Shown: positions 53,304 through 62,885, numbered from the stretch's first letter. The stretch is 64,000 nt of DNA from an uncultured Clostridia bacterium (GCA_944367045.1 CALVWI010000010.1:5927-69926), one strand, 5' to 3'. Notes: a model not told the origin generated them from the sequence alone. Numbers and translations are program-made.

Positions 53304-54266
53304 ATGGACAGCGCCATCATCGAACAACTCAGCCGCCTCACGCAGGAGGAACAGGATATTCTGCACGGCAAAGCGCTCGAAAAGGGAACGTATTCCTACT
53401 CCGATCGCTTCATCGTCAACAGCGCGAAATTTCTTGAAGGGAAGGAGCTCGATCTCCGTCCGCACACGCGGTTCGTCGACTTCCCCGAGCACGGGCACGA
53501 CTACCTCGAATTCATGTATGTCTACGCGGGGCGCATCTCACACGTCATCGGCAAGGAGACGGTGACTTTGGAGCGCGGCGACATGATCTTTTTGAACCGC
53601 CATGCGCGGCACTCCATCAAGCGGGCTGGCGAGAAGGACATCGGCATCAACTTCATCGTGTCGGACGCCCTCCTCCGCGTCATCTTCGGGAGAGTGAGCA
53701 ACAACCCGGTGATGAGCGGGTTCCTCTCGCGCAACTTCGACGACGCGGGCGAGGCCGAGTACCTCTTCTTCCGCACGCAGAACAACTTCCCCATCCGAAA
53801 CCTCATGGACAACCTCATCTACGCCGTCGTGAGCGGCACACAGGAGGTGTACGCGGGCATCGTCGAGCTCCTGTTTTCCTATCTCGCCTACTACCGCGAG
53901 ACGCTCGTCAATACCCTCCTTGTCTCCTCGCCCGAGATGAAGCTGCGCCGCGCCGTACAGGGAGCGCTCGAAAGCTCCTACCCCAATGCGACGCTCGGGG
54001 GGCTCGCGTCCTCGCTCGGCTATACCGAGGCGTATCTTTCGCGCCGCATCCGCGAGGTGTTCGGAAAACCCTTCCGTCTGCTCTTACAGGAGTACCGCTT
54101 AAAGGCCGCCGAGGAGCTCATCCGCACGAGCAGGCTGCCCGTCGAGGAAGTCATCCGCGCGGTCGGGTATGAGAACACCAGCCACTTCTACAGGGCCTTT
54201 CAGGAGCTCTACGGCGAGACGCCGCATAAGTACCGCAAACTGCACGCCCAACCTCAGAACGCATGA
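53304..54266 (+). CDS. AraC-family transcriptional regulator with N-terminal cupin domain (probable rhamnose regulator)
   Basis: 320 aa. FPEHGHDYLEFMYVYAG (cupin). C-terminal HTH_18 ...VGYENTSHFYRAFQELYGETPHKYR. Divergent from rhaB. Confidence 0.85.
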   Translation: MDSAIIEQLSRLTQEEQDILHGKALEKGTYSYSDRFIVNSAKFLEGKELDLRPHTRFVDFPEHGHDYLEFMYVYAGRISHVIGKETVTLERGDMIFLNRHARHSIKRAGEKDIGINFIVSDALLRVIFGRVSNNPVMSGFLSRNFDDAGEAEYLFFRTQNNFPIRNLMDNLIYAVVSGTQEVYAGIVELLFSYLAYYRETLVNTLLVSSPEMKLRRAVQGALESSYPNATLGGLASSLGYTEAYLSRRIREVFGKPFRLLLQEYRLKAAEELIRTSRLPVEEVIRAVGYENTSHFYRAFQELYGETPHKYRKLHAQPQNA

Positions 54267-54270
54267 AAAA

Positions 54271-54291
54271 GCCCGTCCTCTGCGGACGGGC
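54271..54291. terminator. bidirectional hairpin between the AraC and serine hydrolase genes
   Basis: GCCCGTCC-tctgc-GGACGGGC preceded by AAAAA. Confidence 0.6.
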
Positions 54292-54297
54292 CTTATC

Positions 54298-55161
54298 TTA
54301 TAGTTGAGGATAGATCGTATCGTAGATGGCGCGGAAGATGAGCGCCACATGGCGGCTCTCGGAGACGACGGTGACGACGGCGTCCTTCTCGGGAAAGACG
54401 ATGGAAAGCTGCCCGTTCTTGCCGTCGGCGCGGAAGGAGTTCTTCTCGCCCAACCAGAAGAAATAGCCGTAGGGCGCCGCCGACTGCGGACGGGTGCACT
54501 CTTGAAGCCAGCCCTCGTCGATGAGCTGCTTTCCCTCCCACTTGCCCTTTTGAAGGAGCAAAAGGCCGAAGCGGTGATATTCGGAGAGCGTGAGCATGAG
54601 GCCGCTCGAGCCGAACGTGTTGCCCAATGGGTCGACTTCCCACGTCGGCCGCTTGATCTTTAAGGGCGAAAACAGGCGGGGTGTCAGGTATTCGACGAGA
54701 TCGCACCCCGCGCGCCGCTGCAGGAGCATCCCCGCGAGGTACGGCCCCGCATTGCTGTAGACGAACTTGCTGCCCGGCTCATAGACGAATGGAATGGAGA
54801 GCGCGAGCTTCACCCAGTCGTCCTCCTCATAGAGCGGGCGATATGGGCCCATGAGTTCGGCCTTCTCCTGCCCCAGACACATCGTGAGAAGGTCACGCAC
54901 CTTTGCCTTTTTGAGATTGTCGCTCACGACGGGCGGCAGACTGTCCGAAAAGGCTTCCGTGAGCTGCTCGTCGATGGAGAGAAGTCCCTCGCTCTGCGCC
55001 ATTCCCACGGCACACGCGACAAAGCTCTTGGAACCCGAATACACGTTGCGCCGCACTTCTTCGTCCCATGTGGCGTGGACGAGTTCCTCGCCGCCCTTCG
55101 TCACTTTGAGCCCCAAAACGCCCGTGAGCCGTGCCACTTCGTCGAAATATTTGATGTCCAT
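54298..55161 (-). CDS. beta-lactamase-family serine hydrolase (no signal peptide)
   Basis: 287 aa. SxxK motif YSGSKSF, YSN motif (FVYSNAGPY). Confidence 0.75.
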   Translation of the reverse strand: MDIKYFDEVARLTGVLGLKVTKGGEELVHATWDEEVRRNVYSGSKSFVACAVGMAQSEGLLSIDEQLTEAFSDSLPPVVSDNLKKAKVRDLLTMCLGQEKAELMGPYRPLYEEDDWVKLALSIPFVYEPGSKFVYSNAGPYLAGMLLQRRAGCDLVEYLTPRLFSPLKIKRPTWEVDPLGNTFGSSGLMLTLSEYHRFGLLLLQKGKWEGKQLIDEGWLQECTRPQSAAPYGYFFWLGEKNSFRADGKNGQLSIVFPEKDAVVTVVSESRHVALIFRAIYDTIYPQL

Positions 55162-55180
55162 AAAAAGCCCCCTTTTCTTG

Positions 55181-55210
55181 ATGATACCACAGGGCGAGGG
55201 GGCTTGTCAA
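55181..55210 (-). promoter_or_regulatory. sigma-A type promoter for the serine hydrolase gene
   Basis: Minus strand TTGACA-N18-(TGG)TATCAT. Confidence 0.5.
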
Positions 55211-55213
55211 GTT

Positions 55214-55591
55214 TCAGTTGTGCTTGGTGTGCGACTTGAAGAAGAGCGACATCAGGAAGGAGAACACGATGGCAGCGGATACCCCCGCACTCGCCGCCGC
55301 AAGGGAGCCCGTGAGCGCCCCGAAGAGGCCGCGCTCCGCGCCCTTCATCGCACCATTTGCGAGCAGATACCCGAACCCGCTGATGGGAACGGTCGCCCCT
55401 GCGCCCGCGAATTCGACGAGCGGCTGATAGAGGCCGAGGGCGGTCAGGGCAATGCCCCCGAGCATGAAGATGACGAGGATCTTACCGGAAGTCAGGTCGG
55501 TGAGATTGATGACCACCTGCGCCGCCGTGCAGATGAGCCCTCCCACCGCGAATGCCTTCAGAAACATGAGAACGATGTCGAGATACTCCAT
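55214..55591 (-). CDS. SpoVAC/SpoVAEb-family spore membrane protein (position suggests SpoVAEb)
   Basis: 125 aa. LKAFAVGGLICTAAQ, FAGAGATVPISGFG. Follows spoVAD with a 3-nt gap. Confidence 0.8.
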   Translation of the reverse strand: MEYLDIVLMFLKAFAVGGLICTAAQVVINLTDLTSGKILVIFMLGGIALTALGLYQPLVEFAGAGATVPISGFGYLLANGAMKGAERGLFGALTGSLAAASAGVSAAIVFSFLMSLFFKSHTKHN

Positions 55592-55594
55592 TTG

Positions 55595-56587
55595 TTATGC
55601 CTCCAAACTCACACAGTGGGCGATGCAGGGGATGCTCTCGCCCTGCCCGGACGAGACGGTGGAAAGCAGCGCGCCCGTCGCCGTGAAGAGGACGCGCTTG
55701 AGTTCCTTTCGCTTCATCTTTTCATAGAGATAGGAACAGAGCACGAGCGCCGAGCAGCCCGCGCCGCTGCCGCCCTGATACTCGTCCTCGATGACCTTGT
55801 AGACGATCTCCCCGCAGTCGGTGTGGTTGTGAGAGATGTCCACTCCCTTCTCCCAGGTGAGATCCTTTAAGATGCGGCTGCCGAGCGCGCCAAGATCGCC
55901 CGTGACGATGAGGTCGTAATCCTCGGGACTCTTTCTCGTTTCCCGAAAGTGGGCAAGGAGGGTGTCCGCCGCCGCGGGAGCCATCGCCGCGCCCATGTTG
56001 TTGACGTCCGTCACGCCGAAGTCCACTACCTTCCCGAGCGTTGCGCCCGTCACACGGGGGCCGTCCCCTTCCCGGGAGAGCAGCGCCGCGCCTGCGCCCG
56101 TCACCGTCCACTGCGCCTGCGGAGGGCGGATGCAGCCGAGCTCGAGGGGATAGCGGTACTGCCGTTCTGCCGAGGCAAAGTGGCTGCCCGTCGCGGCAAC
56201 GGTACTTTCAAAGTGGCCGCCGTCGAGAAAGGCCGCCGAGACCGCGAGCGCCTCCGCCATCGTCGAACACGCCCCGTAGACGCCCAAGAAGGGAATGTCA
56301 AACTCGCGCGCCGCAAAGCTCGAGGAGATGATCTGGTCGAGGAGGTCGCCGAGGACCAGCACGCCCACGTCGCGCCGCTTCAGGCCCCCGTTTTTAATGG
56401 CGCCCTCGATGACGTTTGTGAGCATCTTGCGCTCGGCCTTCTCGTAGGTCTCCTCGCCAAACATGTCGTCACTGAGCACCGTCTCGGCATATTTGCCGAT
56501 GATGCCCTCGCTCTCCTTCGTGCCGCAGATGCTGCTCACGGCTTTGATGCGCGGCTGCGACTTGAATACAATGGTCTGGCTGTTCAT
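55595..56587 (-). CDS. spoVAD: stage V sporulation protein AD (thiolase-like fold)
   Basis: 330 aa. AERKML..., GACSTMAE, SIPCIAHCV. Collinear with B. subtilis SpoVAD as recalled. Confidence 0.9.
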   Translation of the reverse strand: MNSQTIVFKSQPRIKAVSSICGTKESEGIIGKYAETVLSDDMFGEETYEKAERKMLTNVIEGAIKNGGLKRRDVGVLVLGDLLDQIISSSFAAREFDIPFLGVYGACSTMAEALAVSAAFLDGGHFESTVAATGSHFASAERQYRYPLELGCIRPPQAQWTVTGAGAALLSREGDGPRVTGATLGKVVDFGVTDVNNMGAAMAPAAADTLLAHFRETRKSPEDYDLIVTGDLGALGSRILKDLTWEKGVDISHNHTDCGEIVYKVIEDEYQGGSGAGCSALVLCSYLYEKMKRKELKRVLFTATGALLSTVSSGQGESIPCIAHCVSLEA

Positions 56588-56706
56588 CGAGCTTACTTTG
56601 CGGTTTTTTGCATAAAAGTATGCAAAATTTCCCTTTTATAACTTGCAATAAACGATGCCATAACAAAAAAACCTCGACGAAAGGTGAAAATTTTGTGCCG
56701 ATTTTG

Positions 56707-56735
56707 TTTACTACTTGCAAAAATTCATGTATAAT
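56707..56735 (+). promoter_or_regulatory. promoter placed for a leaderless Gx-transporter/rnf transcript
   Basis: TTTACT-N17-TATAAT, then 6 nt (ggacat) and ATG 56742. No SD. Confidence 0.45.
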
Positions 56736-56741
56736 GGACAT

Positions 56742-57296
56742 ATGCAGTCACAACGACGTTTCACGGGCAGGCGGGTCGCCGTCCTCGGCGTGCTTGCGGC
56801 GCTCTCACTCGCCGTGCATACCTTGGAGGCGCTCCTGCCGCCCCTCTTCGGGATCCCGGGGGCAAAGCTCGGGCTCGCCAACCTCTTTTCCATGCTGGCG
56901 CTCGTCCTCTACGGACCGCTCGACGCCTTCCTCATCCTTATCGCGCGGACGCTCTTGGGCGCGGCCATTGCGGGGAATGCGTCCTCGCTGCTCTTCTCCC
57001 TCTCGGGGGGAGCGTGCGCGCTGGCGCTCTCGGCGGTTCTTATAAGATTCGCCCTTCCCCGCGTGAGTTACCTTGCGATCAACATCGCGGCGGCCGTACT
57101 TCACAACGCGGTGCAGGTCGCGGTGTATGTGTGGGAGACGGGCACCCCCGCCAACTTCGTTCTACTCCCCTATTTCGCGCTCGTGGGCGTTCTCTCGGGC
57201 GCGGCGGTGGCGGCAGTCGGCATCCTCATCTTGAAGAGAGTGCCCGAGCGCATCTTCTATAAAACTTGTCACGACACACCAGGAGGTGTTACTTGA
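56742..57296 (+). CDS. Gx transporter family membrane protein (heptaprenyl diphosphate synthase component I-like)
   Basis: 184 aa from ATG 56742. ALSLAVHTLEALLPPLFGIPGAKLGLANLFSM... pattern, 5 hydrophobic segments. Confidence 0.7.
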   Translation: MQSQRRFTGRRVAVLGVLAALSLAVHTLEALLPPLFGIPGAKLGLANLFSMLALVLYGPLDAFLILIARTLLGAAIAGNASSLLFSLSGGACALALSAVLIRFALPRVSYLAINIAAAVLHNAVQVAVYVWETGTPANFVLLPYFALVGVLSGAAVAAVGILILKRVPERIFYKTCHDTPGGVT

Positions 57297-58582
57297 AAGC
57301 GATCAAAGGCAAACGCCTGTTCGCGGGCATCCACCCCGCAGGCAGGAAAATCTCGAGCGGCAAGCCCCTCGAACAGCTCCCTCCTCCCGAGGAGGTGTGC
57401 ATCTCCCTCTCGCAGTCGCTCGGGCGGCCCGCCGTTCCCGTCGTCGAGAAGGGCGCCGTCGTCAAGCGCGGCGAGCTCATCGCGAGGGCGGACGGAGCAG
57501 TCTCTTCCAACGTCTTTGCGAGCATTGCGGGAGAAGTCACCGACATCCGCACGATGCAGGCTCAGGGCGGCGAGGAGACGTTCATTGTCATCAAGGCGAG
57601 CGGCAGCGGCGAAGAGTTCCGTTATCCGCCCCTTTCGGACCCGTCGCCTCAGGAAATTATCGAGCGCGTAAAAGAGTGCGGCATCGTGGGCCTCGGCGGT
57701 GCGGGCTTCCCGACGGCAGTCAAGCTGACGCCCCCCTGCCCCGTCGACACGCTCATCTTAAACGGCGCGGAGTGCGAGCCCTACCTCACCTGCGACCACC
57801 GTCTCATGCTCGAATTTACCGACGAGATCGTACGCGGTGCGCGGTATCTGAAGCAGGCACTCGACGCAAAGCGCATCATCATCGGCATCGAGGACAACAA
57901 GCCGGACGCCATCGCGGCCTTCGAGCCCTACCCTGACATCGCGGTGGTGCGTCTCAAAAAGCAGTACCCGATGGGCGGCGAGAAACAGCTCGTCTACTCT
58001 GCAACGGGCAGGAAGATAAGGCCCGGCAAGCTCCCCGCCGATGCGGGCGTCGTCGTGCAGAACGTCGCGACGAGCTTTGCGGTCACCGAGGCCGTCGAAC
58101 AGGGCAAGCCGCTGTATGAGCGCGCCGTCACCATCACGGGCGGAGCGGTCAACACCCCCAAGAACGTCTGGACGCCAGTGGGCACTCCCCTTCAGGCGCT
58201 CGTCGACTTCTGCGGCGGCGAGAAAGCGGCTCCTTCCAAGATCGTGCAGGGCGGGCCGATGACGGGCATTGCGCTCCCCTCCTATGACTTCTACACGCAC
58301 AAGACGACCTCGGGGCTGCTCCTCATGAGCGCGGAGGAAGTCTCCCTCTCGGAGCCCACGCCGTGCATCAGCTGCGGCAAGTGCGCGGACGCCTGCCCCA
58401 TGAAGCTCATGCCCATGCAGACGGACTTCTACGCCGAAGCGGGCGACTATGAAGCGGCGGCAAAGCAGGGAGGTGCGCTCAACTGCATCGAGTGCGGCGT
58501 GTGTGCCTATGTCTGCCCCGCGCGCCGTCCGCTCATTCAGAGCATCCGCAAGACCAAACAGGAGATGAGGAAGAGAAAATGA
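57293..58582 (+). CDS. rnfC: Rnf electron transport complex subunit C
   Basis: TTG 57293 after AGGAGGTGTTAC. GLGGAGFPT NADH/FMN motif. Two CxxCxxCxxxCP ferredoxin motifs. Confidence 0.9.
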   Translation: MKAIKGKRLFAGIHPAGRKISSGKPLEQLPPPEEVCISLSQSLGRPAVPVVEKGAVVKRGELIARADGAVSSNVFASIAGEVTDIRTMQAQGGEETFIVIKASGSGEEFRYPPLSDPSPQEIIERVKECGIVGLGGAGFPTAVKLTPPCPVDTLILNGAECEPYLTCDHRLMLEFTDEIVRGARYLKQALDAKRIIIGIEDNKPDAIAAFEPYPDIAVVRLKKQYPMGGEKQLVYSATGRKIRPGKLPADAGVVVQNVATSFAVTEAVEQGKPLYERAVTITGGAVNTPKNVWTPVGTPLQALVDFCGGEKAAPSKIVQGGPMTGIALPSYDFYTHKTTSGLLLMSAEEVSLSEPTPCISCGKCADACPMKLMPMQTDFYAEAGDYEAAAKQGGALNCIECGVCAYVCPARRPLIQSIRKTKQEMRKRK

Positions 58583-59643
58583 CACAAGCCGAACAAACCA
58601 AATCTCAAGTGGCGGTCTCCGTTCCCCCGCACGTAAGAGGCAGGCGCACGACGCGAGGCATCATGCTGGACGTCGTCATCGCGCTCGTCCCCTCGGCGGT
58701 CGCCGCGCTCGTCTTCTTTCAGCTGTATGCGCTCATGCTGCTCCTCGTGTGCGTTGCGAGCGCTGTCGCAGCGGAATTTGTCTGCTATTTCATCTCCAAG
58801 GGCGGGTTTGCACACAAGTGCAGCCGTGCGGGCGAGGTCGTAAAGAATTGGGCGCGGCAGTTTGACTGCACCTCCGTTGTGACGGGCCTCATCCTCGCCC
58901 TCATTCTCCCCGCCTATACCAAGTGGTACGAAGCCCTGCTCGGGGCGGTGTTCTCTATCGTGCTCGTCAAAATGCTCTTCGGCGGCACGGGCAAGAACCT
59001 CGTCAACCCCGCAGCGGCGGGCCGCGTGTTCCTCTTCATCAGCTTCTCGCTCTCGGCGGGCGCGCTCCTTACGGACGGAGTCCTGACGACGGGCGCGACT
59101 TATCTCTCGGGCACACTGCTGTCTTCGGGTTCGCTCTCGGGTAGCGCTTCCTATGCAGAACCCGTGCCCACGCTTTTGCAGCTCTTCCTCGGGAACGGCG
59201 TCGCGACGGCGGCCATCGGCGAGACGTGCAAACTCGCCATCCTCGTCGGATACCTCTATCTCGTTATCCGCAAGGTCATCAAGTGGTGGCAGCCGCTCCT
59301 TCTTATCGCGCTCTCGGGGTTTGTCTCCGTTTGCCTCGCTGCAACGGGCGGCACGTTCGACATCACGCTCTTCCCCGACTACTGTCTTTCGGGCGGGCTC
59401 GTGTTCGGCGCGGTGTTCATGGCGACCGACTACGTCACCTCCCCCAAGGGCGTGTGGGGACAGCTCGTCTACAACATCGCCCTCGCGGTATTGACGGCAG
59501 TTTTGAGGTACTTCACGCACATCGAAGTCATGTCGTTCATCATCCTTCTCATGAATCTTCTGACGCCGCTCATCGATACCTACATCGTGAGAAAGCCCTT
59601 CGGCTACAAGCGTGAACGCAAGGCGAAGGAGGCGGTGAAATGA
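58579..59643 (+). CDS. rnfD: Rnf complex subunit D
   Basis: 354 aa, ATGA overlap with rnfC. Polytopic. DGVLTTGATYLSG flavinylation-type motif. Confidence 0.9.
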   Translation: MTQAEQTKSQVAVSVPPHVRGRRTTRGIMLDVVIALVPSAVAALVFFQLYALMLLLVCVASAVAAEFVCYFISKGGFAHKCSRAGEVVKNWARQFDCTSVVTGLILALILPAYTKWYEALLGAVFSIVLVKMLFGGTGKNLVNPAAAGRVFLFISFSLSAGALLTDGVLTTGATYLSGTLLSSGSLSGSASYAEPVPTLLQLFLGNGVATAAIGETCKLAILVGYLYLVIRKVIKWWQPLLLIALSGFVSVCLAATGGTFDITLFPDYCLSGGLVFGAVFMATDYVTSPKGVWGQLVYNIALAVLTAVLRYFTHIEVMSFIILLMNLLTPLIDTYIVRKPFGYKRERKAKEAVK

Positions 59644-60239
59644 GTGCAAAGTCTTTCTTCAAGAGCACGGCATTCAAGTGCATCGTGGTGCTCGTCGGCA
59701 TCGTGCTCGTCTGCTCGGTGTTCCTCACCATCTGCAACGCCCTCTTCTATGTCTCGGACGAGGAACGCCTCGACAGGGCGCTTGCGGACCTCTATTCGGG
59801 CGAGAGCGTCACGACTGAACTCGCTCCCGGAGCGGACAGCTTGGGCGACGGCCTCGAAGTGGGACGTTCGGTCATCGTAACGGCGCGCGTCGTGACGAGC
59901 GACAACCACGCGGGCGACTGGCTCGTGCAGTCGAAGGGCCTTGACGGCTACCAGAACGGCACGGTCACCTGCTGGGTCGTCGTCAACACGGACGGAACTT
60001 CCGTCACGGGCGTGGGCGCAGTCTCCATCAACTCCAACGAGGGACAGTCCTACATCGGCCGCATCACGCAGGAATTTTTGAACGGCTTTTCCGAGAACTT
60101 TACGGGCGAGCCATACCCCGACGGAATGCTCTCGAGCGGTGCGAGCTACTCCTCTGCCGCCATCCGCAACTCGGTCAACGGGGCGCTCGAATATGTGAAA
60201 ACTTCCCTTCAAGGGAACGGGGAGGCGCAGAATGGGTAA
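59640..60239 (+). CDS. rnfG: Rnf complex subunit G (FMN-binding)
   Basis: 199 aa. N-terminal TM. DGMLSSGASYSSAAI flavinylation-type motif. Confidence 0.88.
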   Translation: MSAKSFFKSTAFKCIVVLVGIVLVCSVFLTICNALFYVSDEERLDRALADLYSGESVTTELAPGADSLGDGLEVGRSVIVTARVVTSDNHAGDWLVQSKGLDGYQNGTVTCWVVVNTDGTSVTGVGAVSINSNEGQSYIGRITQEFLNGFSENFTGEPYPDGMLSSGASYSSAAIRNSVNGALEYVKTSLQGNGEAQNG

Positions 60240-60900
60240 ATACAAGAAGATCTTTTTGGACGGCGTCATCTTTTCCAACCCCACCTTCGTGCTGGTGCTG
60301 GGCACCTGCCCGACGCTCGGGCTCATCTCCTCGGCGATGTCGGCCATGTCGATGGGGCTTTGCATCATCGTCATCCTCACCTTGAGCAACATCCTCATCT
60401 CGGCGATGCGCAAGCTCATTCCCAACGAAGTGCGCATCCCCTGCTACATCGTACTCATTGCGACGCTCGTGACACTGCTCCGCATGATCCTTGAAAAGTT
60501 CCTGCCCGACATCTACAGCGCGCTCGGCGGGTTCCTCGCCCTCATCGTCGTCAACTGCATCATCTTGGGGAGAGCGGAGGCGTTTGCCAACAAGCATACC
60601 GTTCCCGAAGCTGCGATGGACGGCCTTGCAAACGGCATCGGCTTCACGCTGGCGCTCACCTGCATGGGCATCGTGTGCGAGATCTTGGGTTCGGGCTCCC
60701 TCTTCGGGGCGCATCTTTGGGATTTCTCCATCGCCCTCTTCTCGCAGCCCGCGGGCTCCTTCATCATCTTCGGGCTTAGCATTGCGCTCTTTACAAAGGT
60801 GATGGACTCTGTCACATCGGCGAGCCGCGCAAAGCGGCAGGCGGAGGAAGCGAGACGCTCCTTCGAGGCACGGCGCGGCAAGACCGCAAAGGAGGCATAA
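60232..60900 (+). CDS. rnfE: Rnf complex subunit E
   Basis: 222 aa. NPTFVLVLGTCPTLG. Basic C-terminal tail. Confidence 0.9.
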   Translation: MGKYKKIFLDGVIFSNPTFVLVLGTCPTLGLISSAMSAMSMGLCIIVILTLSNILISAMRKLIPNEVRIPCYIVLIATLVTLLRMILEKFLPDIYSALGGFLALIVVNCIILGRAEAFANKHTVPEAAMDGLANGIGFTLALTCMGIVCEILGSGSLFGAHLWDFSIALFSQPAGSFIIFGLSIALFTKVMDSVTSASRAKRQAEEARRSFEARRGKTAKEA

Positions 60901-60901
60901 G

Positions 60902-61501
60902 ATGGGAACCTTTATCGCGATCGTTCTCTCGGCCGTTCTCACGGACAACTTCATCACCTCGCAGACGCTGGGCATCTGCCCCTTCCTCGGGGTCTCCAAA
61001 AAGACGAGCTCCGCGCTCGGCATGGGCGTTGCGGTCTCCATCGTCATGGCGCTTGCGACGCTCGTCACTTATCCCCTCTATGAATACCTGATGGTGCCTC
61101 TCGGGATCGCATTCCTCGAGATCATCGTGTTCATCTTCGTCATCGCATCGCTCGTGCAGATGCTCGAGATGGTCATCAAGAAGCTCTCCCCCTCGCTCTA
61201 CAATGCGATGGGCATCTATCTTCCGCTCATCACGACAAACTGCGCCGTCTTGGGCGTCACGGAGATGGTCATCGGTGACATGAGCGCCGTCATGGGCGCG
61301 GCTTCCATGAACCTCGGCTGGGCGACACTATACGCCTTCCTTGCGGGCATCGGCTTTACGCTCGTCATGCTCATCATGAGCGGGCTTCGGGAGAAGCTCA
61401 ACCGATACCGCGTTGCAAAGGCGCTCTCGGGCTTCCCCATCTCCATGGTGACGGCAAGCTTCATCTGCATGGCATTCACCGTGTTCAGCTACATTGCGTG
61501 A
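60902..61501 (+). CDS. rnfA: Rnf complex subunit A
   Basis: 199 aa. NFITSQTLGICPFLGVS..., TTNCAVLGV. Confidence 0.9.
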   Translation: MGTFIAIVLSAVLTDNFITSQTLGICPFLGVSKKTSSALGMGVAVSIVMALATLVTYPLYEYLMVPLGIAFLEIIVFIFVIASLVQMLEMVIKKLSPSLYNAMGIYLPLITTNCAVLGVTEMVIGDMSAVMGAASMNLGWATLYAFLAGIGFTLVMLIMSGLREKLNRYRVAKALSGFPISMVTASFICMAFTVFSYIA

Positions 61502-61511
61502 GGAGGAAGGT

Positions 61512-62345
61512 ATGACGAATTTGCTTGTATCGCTCGGCACCGTCGATGCCGAGACCTGGAAGACGGTCGGCTGGGTGGCGCTCATCATTTGCGTCATCGC
61601 CGTCGTCATCGTGCTCCTCATTCTCCTCGTCGGCAAGGTGTTCAAAGTCGACACCGACGAGAAGGTGACGAAAATTTTGGAAAACTTGGCGGGCGCCAAC
61701 TGCGGCGGCTGCGGCTGTTCTGGCTGCAGCGGGTTTGCACAGAAGCTCGCCTCGGGCGAGGGAGACCTCTCCGCCTGTCATGTGACCTCCCCCGAGGGGA
61801 AGGCCGAGATCGCAAAACTCTTGGGCATTGAGCTCAAGGACGAAGAGCGTACCGTCGCTGTCGTCCGGTGTGCGGGCGGGAGCAAGAACGCCTTCGAAAC
61901 GGTGGGAGCTTCCACCTGCAGGGAGACCGCCGCGCTCTTCGGGGGCGACAAGCTGTGCAAGACGGCTTGCCTCGGCTGCGGCGACTGCGCCTCCGTCTGC
62001 ACCGAACAGGGCGCGCTCATCGAAAACGGCGTCGCCAAGATCGAGAGTGACAAGTGCATCGGCTGCGGGGCGTGCATCTTGAACTGCGCCCATGAGATCA
62101 TCGGCCGCATTCCCGCGTCTGCGCCCGTGTACGTCGCCTGCTCCTCTCACTGCAGGGGCAAGGACGTGATGGCGGTGTGCGATGTCGGGTGCATCGGCTG
62201 CGGGCTGTGCGCCAAGAAGTGCCCCTCTCAGGCCATCACGATGAAGGACAACTTGCCCGTCATCGACTACTCAAAGTGCACGGGGTGCATGACGTGCGTT
62301 TCCGCCTGCCCGCGGAAGGTCATCTTCCCCAGATTTGAAGCGTAA
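61512..62345 (+). CDS. rnfB: Rnf complex subunit B (polyferredoxin)
   Basis: 277 aa from ATG 61512 (GAGGAGGAAGGT upstream). N-terminal TM, CGGCGCSGC, several CxxCxxCxxxCP clusters. Confidence 0.9.
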   Translation: MTNLLVSLGTVDAETWKTVGWVALIICVIAVVIVLLILLVGKVFKVDTDEKVTKILENLAGANCGGCGCSGCSGFAQKLASGEGDLSACHVTSPEGKAEIAKLLGIELKDEERTVAVVRCAGGSKNAFETVGASTCRETAALFGGDKLCKTACLGCGDCASVCTEQGALIENGVAKIESDKCIGCGACILNCAHEIIGRIPASAPVYVACSSHCRGKDVMAVCDVGCIGCGLCAKKCPSQAITMKDNLPVIDYSKCTGCMTCVSACPRKVIFPRFEA

Positions 62346-62363
62346 AAGTTTATCGGAAATAAG

Positions 62364-62400
62364 GACGCGCCGCCGCGGCATTCTGCCGCGGCGGCGCGTC
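62364..62400. terminator. bidirectional terminator (perfect 17-bp GC stem)
   Basis: GACGCGCCGCCGCGGCA-ttc-TGCCGCGGCGGCGCGTC between rnfB and the convergent NusG_II gene. Confidence 0.7.
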
Positions 62401-62414
62401 TATCTTCTCAAAAT

Positions 62415-62885
62415 TCAATGCAATGTGCCGTCGGAGGTCAGCTCTCCGCCCAGCGGAAGGACCACCAAGCCGTGCGGGACGCACGAGATGGGCGCAGACG
62501 CCGTGTCGGTGATCGTGGCCATGTGCACGCAGTCACGGCTCCAAGAGCAGTCCGCATCCGTCATGTCAGCGGTGCGGTTTTCAAGGTCGATCACGACGAC
62601 GTTGTATCCCTCTTCCGTCGTCACGGTGACGGTGAGCGCCTCCCCTTCCCGTTCGACGGTGACGCAGTCCGCAAGGGCCTCAAACGTCCCCTCTTCAAAG
62701 TCGCAGGAAAAGACGCGCTCGTTCTTCAGGAGAATTTCAACGCCTGTGAGTGCGGCCTTCTCGGGCAGGATGACGAAGGCGAGAAAGAGCGCGAGCAGAA
62801 AGACGAGAACGAGGGCGTAGATGAGAAGATCCCACCCTTTGAACCACGATGCCCGTTTGACTTCCTGTAACTTGCTCTTTGCCAT
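62415..62885 (-). CDS. NusG domain II-containing membrane-anchored protein
   Basis: 156 aa from ATG 62885. One N-terminal TM (LLIYALVLVFLLALFLAFVIL), then a small beta-rich domain with C...C...C...C. Family call by resemblance and by neighbourhood with Gx transporter/ApbE. Confidence 0.55.
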   Translation of the reverse strand: MAKSKLQEVKRASWFKGWDLLIYALVLVFLLALFLAFVILPEKAALTGVEILLKNERVFSCDFEEGTFEALADCVTVEREGEALTVTVTTEEGYNVVVIDLENRTADMTDADCSWSRDCVHMATITDTASAPISCVPHGLVVLPLGGELTSDGTLH

